The position numbers were made by a program, and so were the translations under genes. Shown in pieces: positions 50,150-62,651 of a DNA stretch of 64,000 nucleotides; positions within the stretch are counted from its first letter, which is position 1; each line of letters starts with the position of its first letter. The notes under the pieces are model-generated. The model saw only the letters and a program-made list of their open reading frames with translations, was not told the origin of the DNA and did no database searches. This DNA comes from Rhina ancylostomus (Eukaryota): assembly GCA_030265395.1 (NCBI GenBank), contig JARFYF010000094.1, positions 70,486,981 through 70,550,980 on the forward strand, read 5' to 3'.

Positions 50150-50990
50150 ATGATCTTTCCAATCTAGTCCAAGATGTGGATATTTTGCATGGCCAGTATT
50201 TATTGTTTAACACTAGTGTCCCGTACTTGAACTGCCACAAGCTATGGAGCAAAGGGGTGAGGGATAGGAGGGGAATTTGACAGCGGGAGTATTCCCTACC
50301 TATGTCCTTCCAGATGGCAGAAGTTGTGGGCGCAGTGGAAAAAACCTTGTTGATTTGTTGACAATGTGCCAGTGAAAGGAGGAAATGTCTAAGCTGGAGG
50401 AAGAGGTGCTGGATGGTATTGAGCATTTTGAGTATTAATGCTGCACTCATATAGGCTAGTAAAGGCCTTAGGAATCAGAAGGTGAAAGCACCAAAGTATA
50501 TCCAGACTCTGAGCTCTCCTTGTAGCCATGTACCTATGGAGCTAATCCAAATAGAGGAGCAGTCAATGTCAGTCATATACAGGTCCTCCTCAGGTTATGA
50601 AAGCCCAACTTATCTACAGCCCATACATATGAACGAGCATTTGGGAGACCAGAAAGATGAATTTGCTGACAGTTGCGGGGCTGCACAGGAAGAGAACCCT
50701 GCCAAAACCTGAAGAGAAACTGTTTTTGAGTACAAGGAGCTAAAATTAGGGTCTCTTATGGTGGAGGTGATCATTCCCATTTAACACTATAAGCCAAAAT
50801 GCTGTTGAGTTCTTTCAGCATGTGGGCATAGACTGCTTCTTCATCTAAGGAGCTGAAAATGGAATAGGGCAATCTCCAGTAAACATTCCCATCCCTGACC
50901 TTGTGATGAAGGGAAGGGCATTGAAGAAACAACGAGAGCACTACTCTGAGAAAGCCCGGCAGTATTGTACTCTGGCTGAGCAATGACGGA
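50150..50990 (-). mobile_element. Crack/Daphne-like LINE fragments
   Basis: 3' end 'agatgtggat...ggccagtatttattg', 'ccttccagatggcagaagttgtgg', and an RT piece 'cagtaaacattcccatccctgacctt...gaagggcattgaagaa'. Confidence 0.65.
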
Positions 50991-51061
50991 CCTAATCAGC
51001 TTAGGCAGGAACTAGCATCCTACTAGTAAGTTAGATTCCACTGGAACCAATGTTCAGAGCA

Positions 51062-52945
51062 AAGGCAGTACATTTATTTTTATTTTCTCATTCTTCAGGT
51101 TGTGTACATCTATGCCAAGGAGAGTATTTAATACCTTTAGGAGATAGCTGTAAGCCACCTTGCCTTAACTGTTGTAGTCCTTCTCATGAAAGTACTTCTA
51201 CAGAGGTATTGGCGAAAGAGTTCCAGGATTTAAATCCAATTACGATGAAGTAATAACAATATATTTTCATGTTGTAATGCACATAACTTGGAAGGGAACT
51301 TACATATAGGGGTGTTCCTATGAATGTTTAAGGTAGTTGATAGCGTAACAATCGAGAAGGCTGCTTTATCTTGAATGGCCATGAACTTCTTGAAAATGCA
51401 CTCATCCAGACAAGTGAAGAGTATTCCCTCACTCACACGACTTGAGTCTTGTAGATGGTAGAAAGCCTTTAGGGTGTCAGCAGATGAATCTTTTATTATT
51501 AAATACCATCTTTTCGCCACAGTATTCATATGCTTAGTCCAGTTGAGTTTCTGGTCAATGGTGAATCCAGGACATTAATAGTGGAGGACACAGTAGTGGG
51601 AGTGTCAGTGAATTACAAAGATATGTGATTAAACCATCTCTTATAGGAGATGGTCATTATCCATCATCTTTGTGGCACAAATGTCATTTGCCACTTACCG
51701 GCCCGTGTCTGAATGTTTGCAGGAATGAGCTGCTTCATTTGCTGAGGAGTTGCAACTGGAATTGAACATTGTGCAATCATCAGACCTTGTGACGGAAGGA
51801 AGGTCATTGATGAGGATGGTTGGACCTCAGACACTTCGCTGAGGAACTCCTGCAGTGATATCCTCAAGCTGGAAGAATGACCAGTAACTACAACTATTTT
51901 CCTATGTCTGAGGTATGAATCCAGCTCCTGGAGTGTTTTACTCCTTACATTGACTTCAGTTTTATCCAGACTCTTTGATGCCAAATACAGTCACTGCCAC
52001 CATGCCTCTGAAATACAGCTTTTGATCCACATTTGGACCAAAGTCATATTGAGATTGGGAATGGAGTAATCCTCACTAAACTTATTGGTGAACAGCTTAT
52101 TGAAGAATAATGTTGCATGATGACACAGTTAATGAAATCTTCCATCATTTTGCTGATGATTGAATGTAGATTGATTGGCAGTCATTAGTTGCATTGAGTT
52201 TATCCGAGTTTTCATGGACGGGACAATTCTTCACATTATCAGATCAGTGTCTTAGCTCAGCTGGAACAACCTGATGAGGTCAATGGCTATTTCTGGGGCA
52301 CAAATCTTCAGTATTACAGCAAGAATGTTGACTGTTCCATGGCCTCTGCTGTATCCAGTGCTCTCAGTTATTTCTTGGTATCATGTGGAGTGAATCAAAA
52401 CAGCTGAAGGCTGGGTTCTGTGATGGTGGGGATTTAAGGGGAAGAAGCCGAGATAGGTCATCCATATCCTGGGCCCTGCTACCATTGACGGTGGGAATGT
52501 TCTTGTAGCCTCCTCCTGTTAGCTCTTTAATTATCTGCGGTTGCTCATGACTGTTTGTGACTGGACTTTAGGCTTTGATCTGATCTATTGTTTGTGAAGT
52601 CACTTATCTCAGTCTATTGCATGCTGTTCTTGCTTCTCAACACACACACATTGTCTTTTGTTAAGCCTAACCGATTTGCACGTCAGTTTTATGTATGCAT
52701 GGTTCAGCTCCCAGTGAGTCCTACAGCACTCCTTATTGAACCAGGGCTGCTCCCCTGTCTTAACTGAAATGGTAGAGCAAGAAGCATGCCATGAGTTTAC
52801 AGACTGTGGTGAAATGTAGTATTGCTCCTGCTGATCATCCACAGCAGGAACAGTGCAGCTTTAAGGTGCTAGATCTGTTCTGGGTCTATCCCATTGAGTA
52901 CAATGGTAGTCCCCACACAACACAATGGAGGGTGTCCTCAGTATG
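51062..52945 (-). mobile_element. Crack/Daphne-like LINE relic, ~1.9 kb with many deletions
   Basis: Colinear with the 39.5/41.3 kb copies ('ccagttgagtttctggtcaatggtgaatccaggac', 'gaaggaaggtcattgatga'); upstream ORF GEQPWFNKEC has the PWF linker motif. Confidence 0.88.
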
Positions 52946-53128
52946 AAGAAGACACATTTACCAATTGAAAGTTGTGACTCTTTTAATTACAGCTTGTAGT
53001 TTTTTCTCCTTCCCCATTTCAATGGATTTTTTCCCCGTTTTGCACCCTCCCTGTGAGGAAGTCACTGGCTTTTGGGAATTAATTTTTGGAAATAACCAAT
53101 TCATGTTTTAAATTTATCAGTTGTATGC

Positions 53129-53222
53129 TGTCCTGATGCAAGGATTCTACCTGAAACGTTGACAATTCCTTTCCTTTCACAGATGCTGTTTGACCCGCGG
53201 AGTTCCTCCAGCAGATAGTTGT
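53129..53222 (+). mobile_element. Penelope-derived single arm with hammerhead-like fold (CUGAUGC subfamily)
   Basis: TGTC-CTGATGC-A-AGG attcta CCT-GAAAC-GTT-GACA followed by the family body 'attcctttcc..cacagatgctg.ttgacccgc.gagttcctccagcag'. Confidence 0.8.
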
Positions 53223-53585
53223 TCACATTTTTTCCCTCTTATATTTTGCTTTTTCCTTGTCAATCTTGACTGGATGATGAAAATACATTTAAATTCCCAC
53301 TTTTCTGTTTCAAACTTGTGAGGATACCAACCCTCCCAGATTCCTGCAGACATCCTAGGACTGGAAGATTAATCTTTGAACTTGGGAGTAAATGGGGAAG
53401 AAACGTTTGAAATCCCCATTAAGTTGATATCATAGTGCAGAGCTGCTCTCTTTCCACCTGATCCTCCCTCTCTCTCTCCACATTTAGTGGACAAAAGGTG
53501 CTGAGCCCAGCTCCCCATTTCAACAGCAGTCAATCTTACATCCAGAGAGACTTGGGGTGTTCTAGGCTATTACATTTCCCATAAG

Positions 53586-54100
53586 CAAAAAATAAAAAAC
53601 TGCAGATGCTGGAAAATCTGAACTTAAACAGAGAATGTTGGAAATGCTTAGCAGGACAGGCAGCATCTGTGGAAAGAGAAAATAAAAACAGAGCTAATGA
53701 TCTTTCATCAGAACTGGTCTGTTATCTAAAAATTATGATTTCAATGTTAAGTCCTGAGGACTGTAACTTGTCAGAAGATGAGATATTATTTCTTGATTGT
53801 TTATGGATCTATATTCAAACAGTGTCCAAGGCCAAAGACAGAGAGGTCAGAGTGGTAGAATGATGGAGAATGAAAAAGACACAATTGGAAGCTCAGGATC
53901 ATCCTTGTGGCTCAGTAGAAGTATTCTGCAAAGTAGTCCCCAATCTGTTTTCTACAATATAAAAGGTTTCATATTACAACTCTCAAGATTTAACATTGAA
54001 TTCAATTATTTTCAGATAGCCACCCTTTCCAGTGTGACTTGTGGAGTATTTCCGGCATTCTCTGTTTAATGTTGGATTTCCAGTATCCGCAGTGTATTTT
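53586..54100. mobile_element. Penelope-like element remnant with inverted ends and decayed GIY-YIG C-terminus
   Basis: Terminal arm at 53586-53718; antisense GIY-YIG tail at 53720-53948 (traces of RLGD.FAE.L..., DPELP, SDLSVFGL); sense copy 'ttaacattgaattcaattatttt' (~NIEF) and a closing arm 'gatttccagtatccgcagt'. Confidence 0.75.
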
Positions 54101-54817
54101 TATCTCACATGTTCAGCAATCCTTTAAATTCACTCTCTCTGTGTTTTCATTCATCTCCTACTAGTTACCACACAGCTAAATAGATGAGCTGCAGTTGTCA
54201 AGCCTTCACTTTTCTCGGTCAGCCAACCCCTCTACTGGTTCTGTAGTTCAGNNNNNNNNNNNNNNNNNNNNNNNNNNNNNNNNNNNNNNNNNNNNNNNNN
54301 NNNNNNNNNNNNNNNNNNNNNNNNNNNNNNNNNNNNNNNNNNNNNNNNNNNNNNNNNNNNNNNNNNNNNNNNNNNNNNNNNNNNNNNNNNNNNNNNNNNN
54401 NNNNNNNNNNNNNNNNTTCTGTGCATTTTAGGGATTAAGTGATTTCGGAAAGATGTAACCTTCAATGTCCACCATGAGTCCACAGTCTAAACATTAAGTG
54501 GAGGAAGGGATCAATGACTTACAATCCTCTTGTTTTCATTACCCACCTCTCAGGTTTCAGTGCTGGTGGATGTCAGAGAAAATCGAGCTTCAATCCAGCA
54601 ACGTCTCCATCAAAAAGGTATCTTTCCTGATTTAAAACAGAATGGCCAAGAATCCTAGAAGTCATATATTTAGGACTCTGGAAAAGTTTTTGCCATTTAG
54701 CTTTTAGTTAAGCTACAACCAGAGAACTTGCAACATCCCAGCATCCATCATCATTTTCAGAAGAATAGGAGAAAAGTTTGAATGTAATAATCAGCTAAAA
54801 AAAACTTTCTAAAAAAC

Positions 54818-55340
54818 TGTGTGCTGGGAGTAATTTGTCATGTCAGCACCACACACTGCAACTAATTTGTCACATATGTATCCTGGGAGTAATTCATAAT
54901 GTGAGCATTGTATCCTGGGAGTAGTATAAACTACAACCTGGGAACACTACCATGGAAGGAAAGGAGAAGGAAGCTACTCTGGAAGAAATCTATTCTTTGC
55001 TTGGGTGAACCCTTGCCTAGGAATGAAACCCAGTCTTATTGAAACATAGCCTGGCTAAAAACTAGCATGAGTGAGTATACCCAAGGAAGACCTCACACTA
55101 AGTGTATTTTAACCTGGATGGTTTTATCCTGGGAGAATTTTAACCTGGAANNNNNNNNNNNNNNNNNNNNNNNNNNNNNNNNNNNNNNNNNNNNNNNNNN
55201 NNNNNNNNNNNNNNNNNNNNNNNNNNNNNNNNNNNNNNNNNNNNNNNNNNGGAGAATTTTAACCTGGAAGGACCTTACCCTTGGAGCACTCTAATCTGAA
55301 AAGACCACCTCCTGGGAAGACTTTACCCTCAGGGCACCTA
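54818..55340. repeat. Degenerate ~16/32-bp minisatellite spanning an N gap
   Basis: CCTGG(G/A)A cores recur at ~16-bp spacing (55263-55330); TGTATCCTGGGAGTA occurs at 54877 and 54909, 32 bp apart. Confidence 0.65.
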
Positions 55341-55699
55341 TTGAATCCTCTACAGGATTGTGTTAATTTCTGTAATTAAAATCTTTGAAGTACAGAAGTT
55401 ATGGGAAATTGTACCACAAATTCCATTTTCTTTCCAAATCAGGCTGAAAGATACTATGAAATATGTGTATTGTAGCCACAGAATGTATGTAATTGTTTAA
55501 TGATGGCTGTCTAGTCAAAAATAACTTATTTTCTATAATTGCATCTTTAACTAAAGAAAAAGCTATAATTGACAACATGGAGACAGATAATCTGAGCAGA
55601 TGTTTGTGTTTTCAGGCCAAATTGGTCTTCTGCTTCTCTTCCCATTTCTCAGCCATCAAAATAGGTTGATTATAGTTTGATGATATTCATATTCATAAT

Positions 55700-56067
55700 G
55701 TGGTGTGATGCACAGCAGTGTGTGCTGCTGCCTCACAGCTCTGGAGACCCAGGTTCAATCCGAAGGTTCTCCCTCTGTAGAATTTGTATCTTCTTCCCCA
55801 TGATCCCATGCATTTCTTCTGAGTGCTCTGATTTCCTCCCACATCCCAAAAATGTACCAGTAAGTTAATTATCAATTGTAAGTTGCCCCTTAGTGTAGAA
55901 AAGTGAAAAATGCAAAAGAAATCAAAGAGGAATGGATGGGTACGTGAGAGAGAATAAGTTGCAGTAGTGAAATGAAATAAGGAGGGGGAAGTGGGACAGA
56001 TGGTGTTGCTCTGCCAGGAGCCAGCATAGACCCAATGGGCTGAAGAGCCTCCTTCTGTGTCATTGTA
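55700..56067 (+). mobile_element. Older V-SINE (HE1-like) with CR1-type tail, near full length
   Basis: Head 'gctgctgcctcacagctctggagacccaggttcaatcc', V-domain 'gtgctctgatttcctcccacatcccaaa', tail 'gacccaatgggctgaagagcctccttctgtgtc'. Confidence 0.88.
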
Positions 56068-59000
56068 GATAATAGTTTGTTTGACTAGTGATGATACACT
56101 ACAGAAATCATGGCCTGGATTATAGTCACTGGTGAAATGACATTCACTACTGACCTTGAAAGAGCCTATTCACAAAGCTCCAGTGATTGCCATTGCATGG
56201 ATTTTCTCTGTTCCCATGTTAGTTCCCATCTGATGTCAGTTCTCTGAGATCCCTAGTATTGGGCACCACTGTTATTGTCAAGCAAGCTTAGCAGCTCATC
56301 ATATTGAAGAATTCTCACAAATTAGGAAATAAAAACACAAAAATTTCATTAACTTTTAAAACATTTTACAAAGAACAACATTAAGAAAAGCACATACACA
56401 TACAATTAAGATTGAAGCTAAAATATTGCAGATTGCATTAGGTCAAAATAAGTTTTTAATGGTATACTCACCCTTAATTGCTGTTTAGCAAAGTCTTTGA
56501 CCTGTCTTAGAAATACTAATTAAATGTATGTGAATTAAAATTCCCTCAGATTTATCTTTCAATATATAATCAAATTTAAACTATAAAATAAAATATTTTA
56601 AAATTATTCATTTTACTTCTGCTTTTCCATCCTCACACATATATTCCAATCTTTATTTAGCACGTAAATGTCATGGTTCTGAGTTCTGGCCCTCATTTGG
56701 ATCTTTAGATGCCTTGTTATCCAGCACATGGATTCCATGCTGGACTGATTGCATAACAATACACACCTGAGCNNNNNNNNNNNNNNNNNNNNNNNNNNNN
56801 NNNNNNNNNNNNNNNNNNNNNNNNNNNNNNNNNNNNNNNNNNNNNNNNNNNNNNNNNNTAGCTCAATGGTAAGTGCTGTCACTTGTCCACTGCCTACAAA
56901 AGCAGGCTAATCTTTTTCTAGTTCTATTAATATAGAGATAAGTTTTGGCTGGGATGCTGGAGACACCACTGCTTTTCCCCTGTGAGGGGAGAAAGAGGCC
57001 GCTGTTTAAAGACTCAACAAAAAACAATACTGTTGTGGAGTTGAACTCAAGACTCAGGAATGAGATGAGAGCCCACAGCTTTCTAATATAGAAATAAGAT
57101 AGCTGCAACTAAGCCCTGGCTGCCACTACTGGTGTGAACCTCTGGTGGGTGCATGAAAGGTAGCTGGAAAATAGCAGGACTTTTGTGTTTAGGAGTGACC
57201 TAACTGTGTCTTCAAAAGGGATCACAGGTGATTCTAGCACCCTGCCAGTGGAGCTTACTTCCTCAGTCCAATGCAGTTCTCTTGAATGACCAAAATGCCT
57301 CAAGCTCCAACAAACCTCTCACTTACAAGCTTTTGGTTCAAATTCAGATGCCACACATACAATAGCTAGAGCCATGATGCTACCCACAACCTCATCAAGT
57401 GGTTTATTGGTGTTATAAACCCTCCCTCTCACTTCCATAAAATGACTCTTCCCTCTGCACTCAGTCATGCAAGGGTGGACTTGGACTCCTTAATGTGCCA
57501 TGATATTGCCAGTATGTTCTCTGGCAAGTACATCACTATGTTAGACCTTTCATTATGCATCGCATCTGCCTCCTTCAGTGGACCATTCCATTACCATCTT
57601 TGTCTGGTTGTGTGCTATGGTTTAAGTTCACTTCCAAGTTATGTCATTTTCTCAGGTTGTTTATCATTTTTACCAGATTTCCTGTCCTGAACAAGGATTT
57701 ATTCCTCAGTGATTCATTGCAGGTGGACTTTATCTTTCACTGTGGAATACTGTATTATCAACCTTCATAAGTGTGGATTCTGTGCACTCTTTTTCTGGTT
57801 TTATTTAATTCAAAATAATAGGTTCATGAAGTTGGAGTTACTAAAATTAACTGCAAAGCTAGATTGATTTTTTAGGAACTGTTAGTAGAAATACTGGAGA
57901 TATTTTATCTACAGCCACTTTCAAATGATGTTGGCTTACAGAAAGAGCTCCATTCTCTATGCCTAAGGCCTGCAATGTGTTTGTTTAATGCTCAATTGTA
58001 TCAATGCAACATTAGGCAGAACCTTACCATTTCATAGACAAAGGTAACGCTTAATGCAGACACATCTACAAAGATTAATGATTCCATTTGCATTCTTCTG
58101 TAAGAGGTTTGTAGAAAAAGTCTAGGGACAAGACATTGCCTAAGGGTAGCATGGCTTTGATGGACATGAGCCCTGACCTCTGCTGGCCTTCATTGAACAG
58201 GCAAGTAAAGCCATGGGCAGAAATGTATATTGAAGGCTATTATAATCCTGAGGGGATGAGACAGGGGGTGGGGGCAGGGGGAAATAACCCTGACTTTATT
58301 CTGATGATCTTGGTTTTCACAGTAAATCTGAGTGAGGGGACTGAGAAAGTGAACAGTGCAGTGTATTGTAGAGTACACCATCACTGCTGTCTTTGTAATC
58401 TATTCAAGCATGAAAACACAAGGCCAGTGATCTGAGAAGATTGGTTTAATGATAAAAATACCACAAGGTGAACTATTCAATCAGCAGACTCCTGTCTCTT
58501 ATCAATAATGATGCAACACTAAACCAATGCCTCTAGTTGCAATTAAGAAAATGTGTGCGTTTCAAAACTTTTGAGCATTGTGTGCAGTAGAAACAAATGA
58601 GGTAAGACTGAATCAGCCTGCAAGGAGTTGTGCACTCACTGGGATCTGTCATAGCTAGCAGTAAAGTACCACTTCCAGTAATTACCACTGCTTCACACCA
58701 TCCGCACAATAAGCATCACTTTAATTGAAAAGCAACAGCTGATGAACCCATCAGTTATTCATGGCTGGGCTCATTTGAATAAGTCACATTAGTAAAATGC
58801 TTATATTTTTCTGTTGCTCAACATCCATTTATGTCAGAATGGAAATTATAGATATTATGAGAACCCATGGGTATAGTTTATATTCCACAGATGGACTGAC
58901 CTCTAACTCAGGAGTGATAACTTTGAGTGAATCATGGCGAGCGTCAAGAATAGAAACTAAATCATATCCTGTAGTTCCTCATGATATATTCTGTTTATAC

Positions 59001-59611
59001 CATATGTTAGCAGTTAAGACACTAGTATTTTGATAAAGTCCTGTCCTTGGTTTTCTGTTATTAACATTTTAGTTCATACTTTCTGAAAAAAAATTACAAT
59101 TCACTAAGTACATGTAAAGTACAGGGAATTATTATTAATCTACTAATAAAATAAGCAGTCTAAAATAATGCTAAATAACACTTCCCAGTTAGTTTAAAAA
59201 AACAGTTAAAGAGCAAATGACATCATGATAAGCTCATGCATGTTTGAAATTTAAAACTAATATGCTATCAAATTGCTGGTGTATAGTTATCCATAACTTG
59301 GTTTATGGCTGAAGAACTCCATTCTATTTATGTATACTCCTGTTAGCACTTAGACAACATCAGAACAATGGAGTGTATTTTTTTGCAGGGTTTTCTGATA
59401 CCTCCTTTCTGAAGTTTTCATGCCTCTGCCAAAGTTTAAATGGATGATAGGAAGAATGTCTCTGGAAATATAATCCTAACACATTCCTCATCAGAAATGT
59501 GAACAAATGAGAGATTTAGTTTAGAAGAATCTTAAAACAGACTTGCCTGGATATTCAACTCCATAACACTATTTTTGGCATGCAGAAACCTTCCTCGCAT
59601 TTTAAAAAGTA

Positions 59612-59818
59612 CAGGTCCTCCCCAGCTTACAAATGCTCATCCTGTACATATGAATGAGCGTTTAAGAGACTAGTGGGATGGNNNNNNNNNNNNNNNNNNN
59701 NNNNNNNNNNNNNNNNNNNNNNNNNNNNNNNNNNNNNNNNNNNNNNNNNNCTTGTGAACTGTTCGGGTTACAAACAGTTCACAGGAACAGAACCCTGTTG
59801 TAACCTGGGCATGACCTG
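59612..59818. mobile_element. Tc1/mariner-superfamily (Tigger/pogo-like) MITE
   Basis: Imperfect TIRs CAGGTCCTCCCCAGCTTACAA / TTGTAACCTGGGCATGACCTG flanked by TA (59610-11) and TA (59819-20); internal N gap. Confidence 0.8.
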
Positions 59819-60102
59819 TACTTAGAAGTGTACTCAAAGCCGTGACCTGCAGGTGTACAGACCAAGTACTGGTGGGTAGGATTAGGATAGGTATATCTTT
59901 CAACTGGCACAGACACAGTGGGTCAATAGTGTTCCATGATTCTATAATTCTCTAATTGAAAATCACTTTTTTTCCCAGAGGATCACTCCAGAAATCCAAT
60001 TCTGAATTTTCTGAGTCACTGTGCTCTTCAGCATGATTTAAATCTTAGGACATACGAGATGGCGCCATTCCCCATGCAGCATTGCTTTACAAGCATTACA
60101 TA

Positions 60103-60745
60103 ATATCATAAGAATCTGGAGCTGGAGTAGGAGCAGACCATCTGGTCCTTCAAGCACATTCCACCATTCATCACGATCATGATTGATCTTCTACCTCAGT
60201 TCCATTTTCCAGCATGTTTTCTNNNNNNNNNNTTTTCTGATTCCTTTAATATCCAGATATCTATCCGTCTCTATTTACAGTGAACTCAGTGACTGCGCCT
60301 CCACAACCCTCTTGGGTAACGAATTCCAAAGATTCATGATCCTCTAAATGAAGAAATGTCTCCTTATCTTGGTCCTACACAGCCTACTCCTTATTTTGAA
60401 AACTATGGCCCCTAGTTCCAGTTGGTGGAAACATCTTCCCTGTGTACGGAGTACTGTAATAGAGCTTTGGAAGTTTCAATGATATCACCTCCCAGACTCT
60501 AGAAAATACAAATTTAGACCATTTAATGTCTCTTCATAGGGAAAACTCACCATCCCAGGAACCAGCCTGGTGGAGTTTTGCTCATTCCCTCTGTAGCACA
60601 CATTTCCCTTTATCGGTAAAAAGAACAAAGTTGTACATGACATCCAAAGTATAAACTTACCAAGGCCATATATAATTGTAGTAAGATAATTATGTTCCTG
60701 TACTCCAATTCTCTGATAATAAAGATGAACATTTCATTTGCCTTC
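60103..60745 (-). mobile_element. CR1 LINE 3' portion
   Basis: 'cataagaa..ggagctggagtagg...ccaccattca..acgatcatgattgatc' tail; ORF 60610..60798(-) LEYRN...LLQLYMALV. Confidence 0.88.
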
Positions 60746-60902
60746 CAGTGCTGGGGAGCCAAAACCACGTTATTTGCTGAAAGCCTATTGTTGGGCACTC
60801 CTGGGTCTTCCCAGCACTGATGAACCCCAGTGGGAAATTTAGTTATTTACCTTGCATACCATCCCCAGCCCATGAAATGCATAAACCCCCAAACTTTCAT
60901 TT

Positions 60903-61206
60903 GGGCAGACATGGTAGTGTAGTGGTTAGCGTAACACCAGTGACCCAGGTTCAATTCTGGCTGCTGTCTGTAAGGAGTTTGTATGTTCTCTCTGTGTTTG
61001 CGTGGGTTTCCTCCAAGTGCTCCGGTTTCCTCCAGGTGCTCCAGTTTCCTCCCACATTCCAAAGACGTACAGGTTAGGAAATTGTGAGCATGCTATGTTG
61101 GCATTGGAAGCATGGTGACACTTGAGGGCCGCCCCCAGAACATTCCAAGCAAAAGATGCATTTCTCTGTGTGTTTTGATGTACATGTGACTGATAAAGAT
61201 ATCTTA
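60903..61206 (+). mobile_element. Young V-SINE with a 19-bp internal duplication
   Basis: Family head, V-domain and tail; 'ggtttcctcca(a/g)gtgctcc' is duplicated at ~61005-61042. Confidence 0.92.
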
Positions 61207-62059
61207 CTCTCCCACAATCCCACTTAGCTCATGCCCTGATTCTTTGATCTGCTGCATCTCCCGTCATCACAGCTCCTTGAGATTTTATTCCTCAAACATC
61301 CATCAATGCCTCGCCATCCCTCTTACTCCTAACTATCCCACAATGCTGACCCCTAATAAACCCAATCCTACCCCAATCTCTGCATCCTAATCAAGCGCAC
61401 AACTTGGTCTTCTAGGCCGCAATGAGATATTGAAGGGGAAACAAACCCCACCCCCAAGACTTTGACAGCTGACTCAGCCGATACTGGGAAAGACTTAATG
61501 TTTAACAGACATTCAAAAATAATTGAACACTAAAAATCTATTAAAACTATTAAAATCTTACAGAAAACTAATATTTTAATAATTGTAAAAAATCTAAAGT
61601 ATTTAATTGGGAGCCAATGCAGATCGATAAGGTGATAGGTCAAAACAACTTGGTGCAAATTAGAAAGCAGTCAAAAGAATTTTAGTTGATCACAGTCCAC
61701 AGAGCAGAGAGGCTTTTTAAAAGTGCAGTGGGATTATCCAGGTTTGAAATAATAATAAAGGCATGCACAAGTTACGTTAATTATACATCAACTAATCTTG
61801 TTGATTAGCTATTGCTAATTACAAATAATAGTCTGAATTTTATTATTTACATTTTTTGTAATTAAAAATATCATTAACTTGTTGATAAACTGGTCAACTC
61901 TTACTGTTGGGTTACTAGAAATACATTTTTTATGGGCTTCTCTTCCCCTGCATTAACTTCAAAGCTCAATAGCCAGCTAAAATTGTGTTAATGGTACAGG
62001 AGATGCTGAAGGAAATTCACCACATACTTAATTACCTAACTGGAGCCATACTGTAAATT

Positions 62060-62417
62060 TGCACCCTGTTTTAAATGTCTTCATGACTTCATTCTTGCCT
62101 TTCTCTATAAATTCTTCCAGTCTCACAACCATCAGATATCAGCACACCTGCAAATCTTCACATGAGCATTCCTGAATGTATTTTTTACACTATTTGCGGT
62201 TGTACCTTCAACTGATGAGCTCTTAAACTCTAGAATCCTTTCACTAAAATTCTCCACCTCTTTTTGCTTCTTTTGACACTCCTTCAAACCTATCTTACTC
62301 CCCTAGTGTTTTCTTTTGAGTCATCGTCACATTTTGTTTGATGACTCTCTTTTAAAGCAACTTGGGATGTTTTATTTGTTTAAAGAAACGCTGTAAATAT
62401 AAGTTGTTGTTTGTTGT
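62060..62417 (+). mobile_element. L2 LINE 3' end
   Basis: 'ccttcaactg...aaactctagaatcc...ctccttcaaacctatct...cttgggatgtttta...taaatataagttgttgtttgttg', an L2-type tail. Confidence 0.7.
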
Positions 62418-62651
62418 AGATCTCATATAAATCATTCCAATTAGAAGCTAACTGCTATAAGCTGACAACCTGAAGTGCAAGCACTCCCATACAGCATCCC
62501 ATACAGCATTTGGATTGCATGCTAAGAAGTCCTGAATGCTAAAGGCAGCCACAGTGATTTGTGAAGGGGATTTGTTAGATAGTGGGTGCCATCTGTCATT
62601 TGTCATTTGTGCTCAAGAGCAAACCTAGCACTATATTTAACAATGTTGCTA

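Noticed and set aside
49872-50450. 192-aa minus-strand ORF
   Set aside because: It overlaps a decayed LINE 3' end and flanking sequence, with no recognisable protein or splice context.
54818-55340. CRISPR-like repeat/spacer array
   Set aside because: Units are ~16 bp, degenerate and lack unique spacers; vertebrate context with no cas genes.
57300-57700. Possible antisense Tx1/L1 fragment
   Set aside because: Similarity is too faint to support without a profile search.
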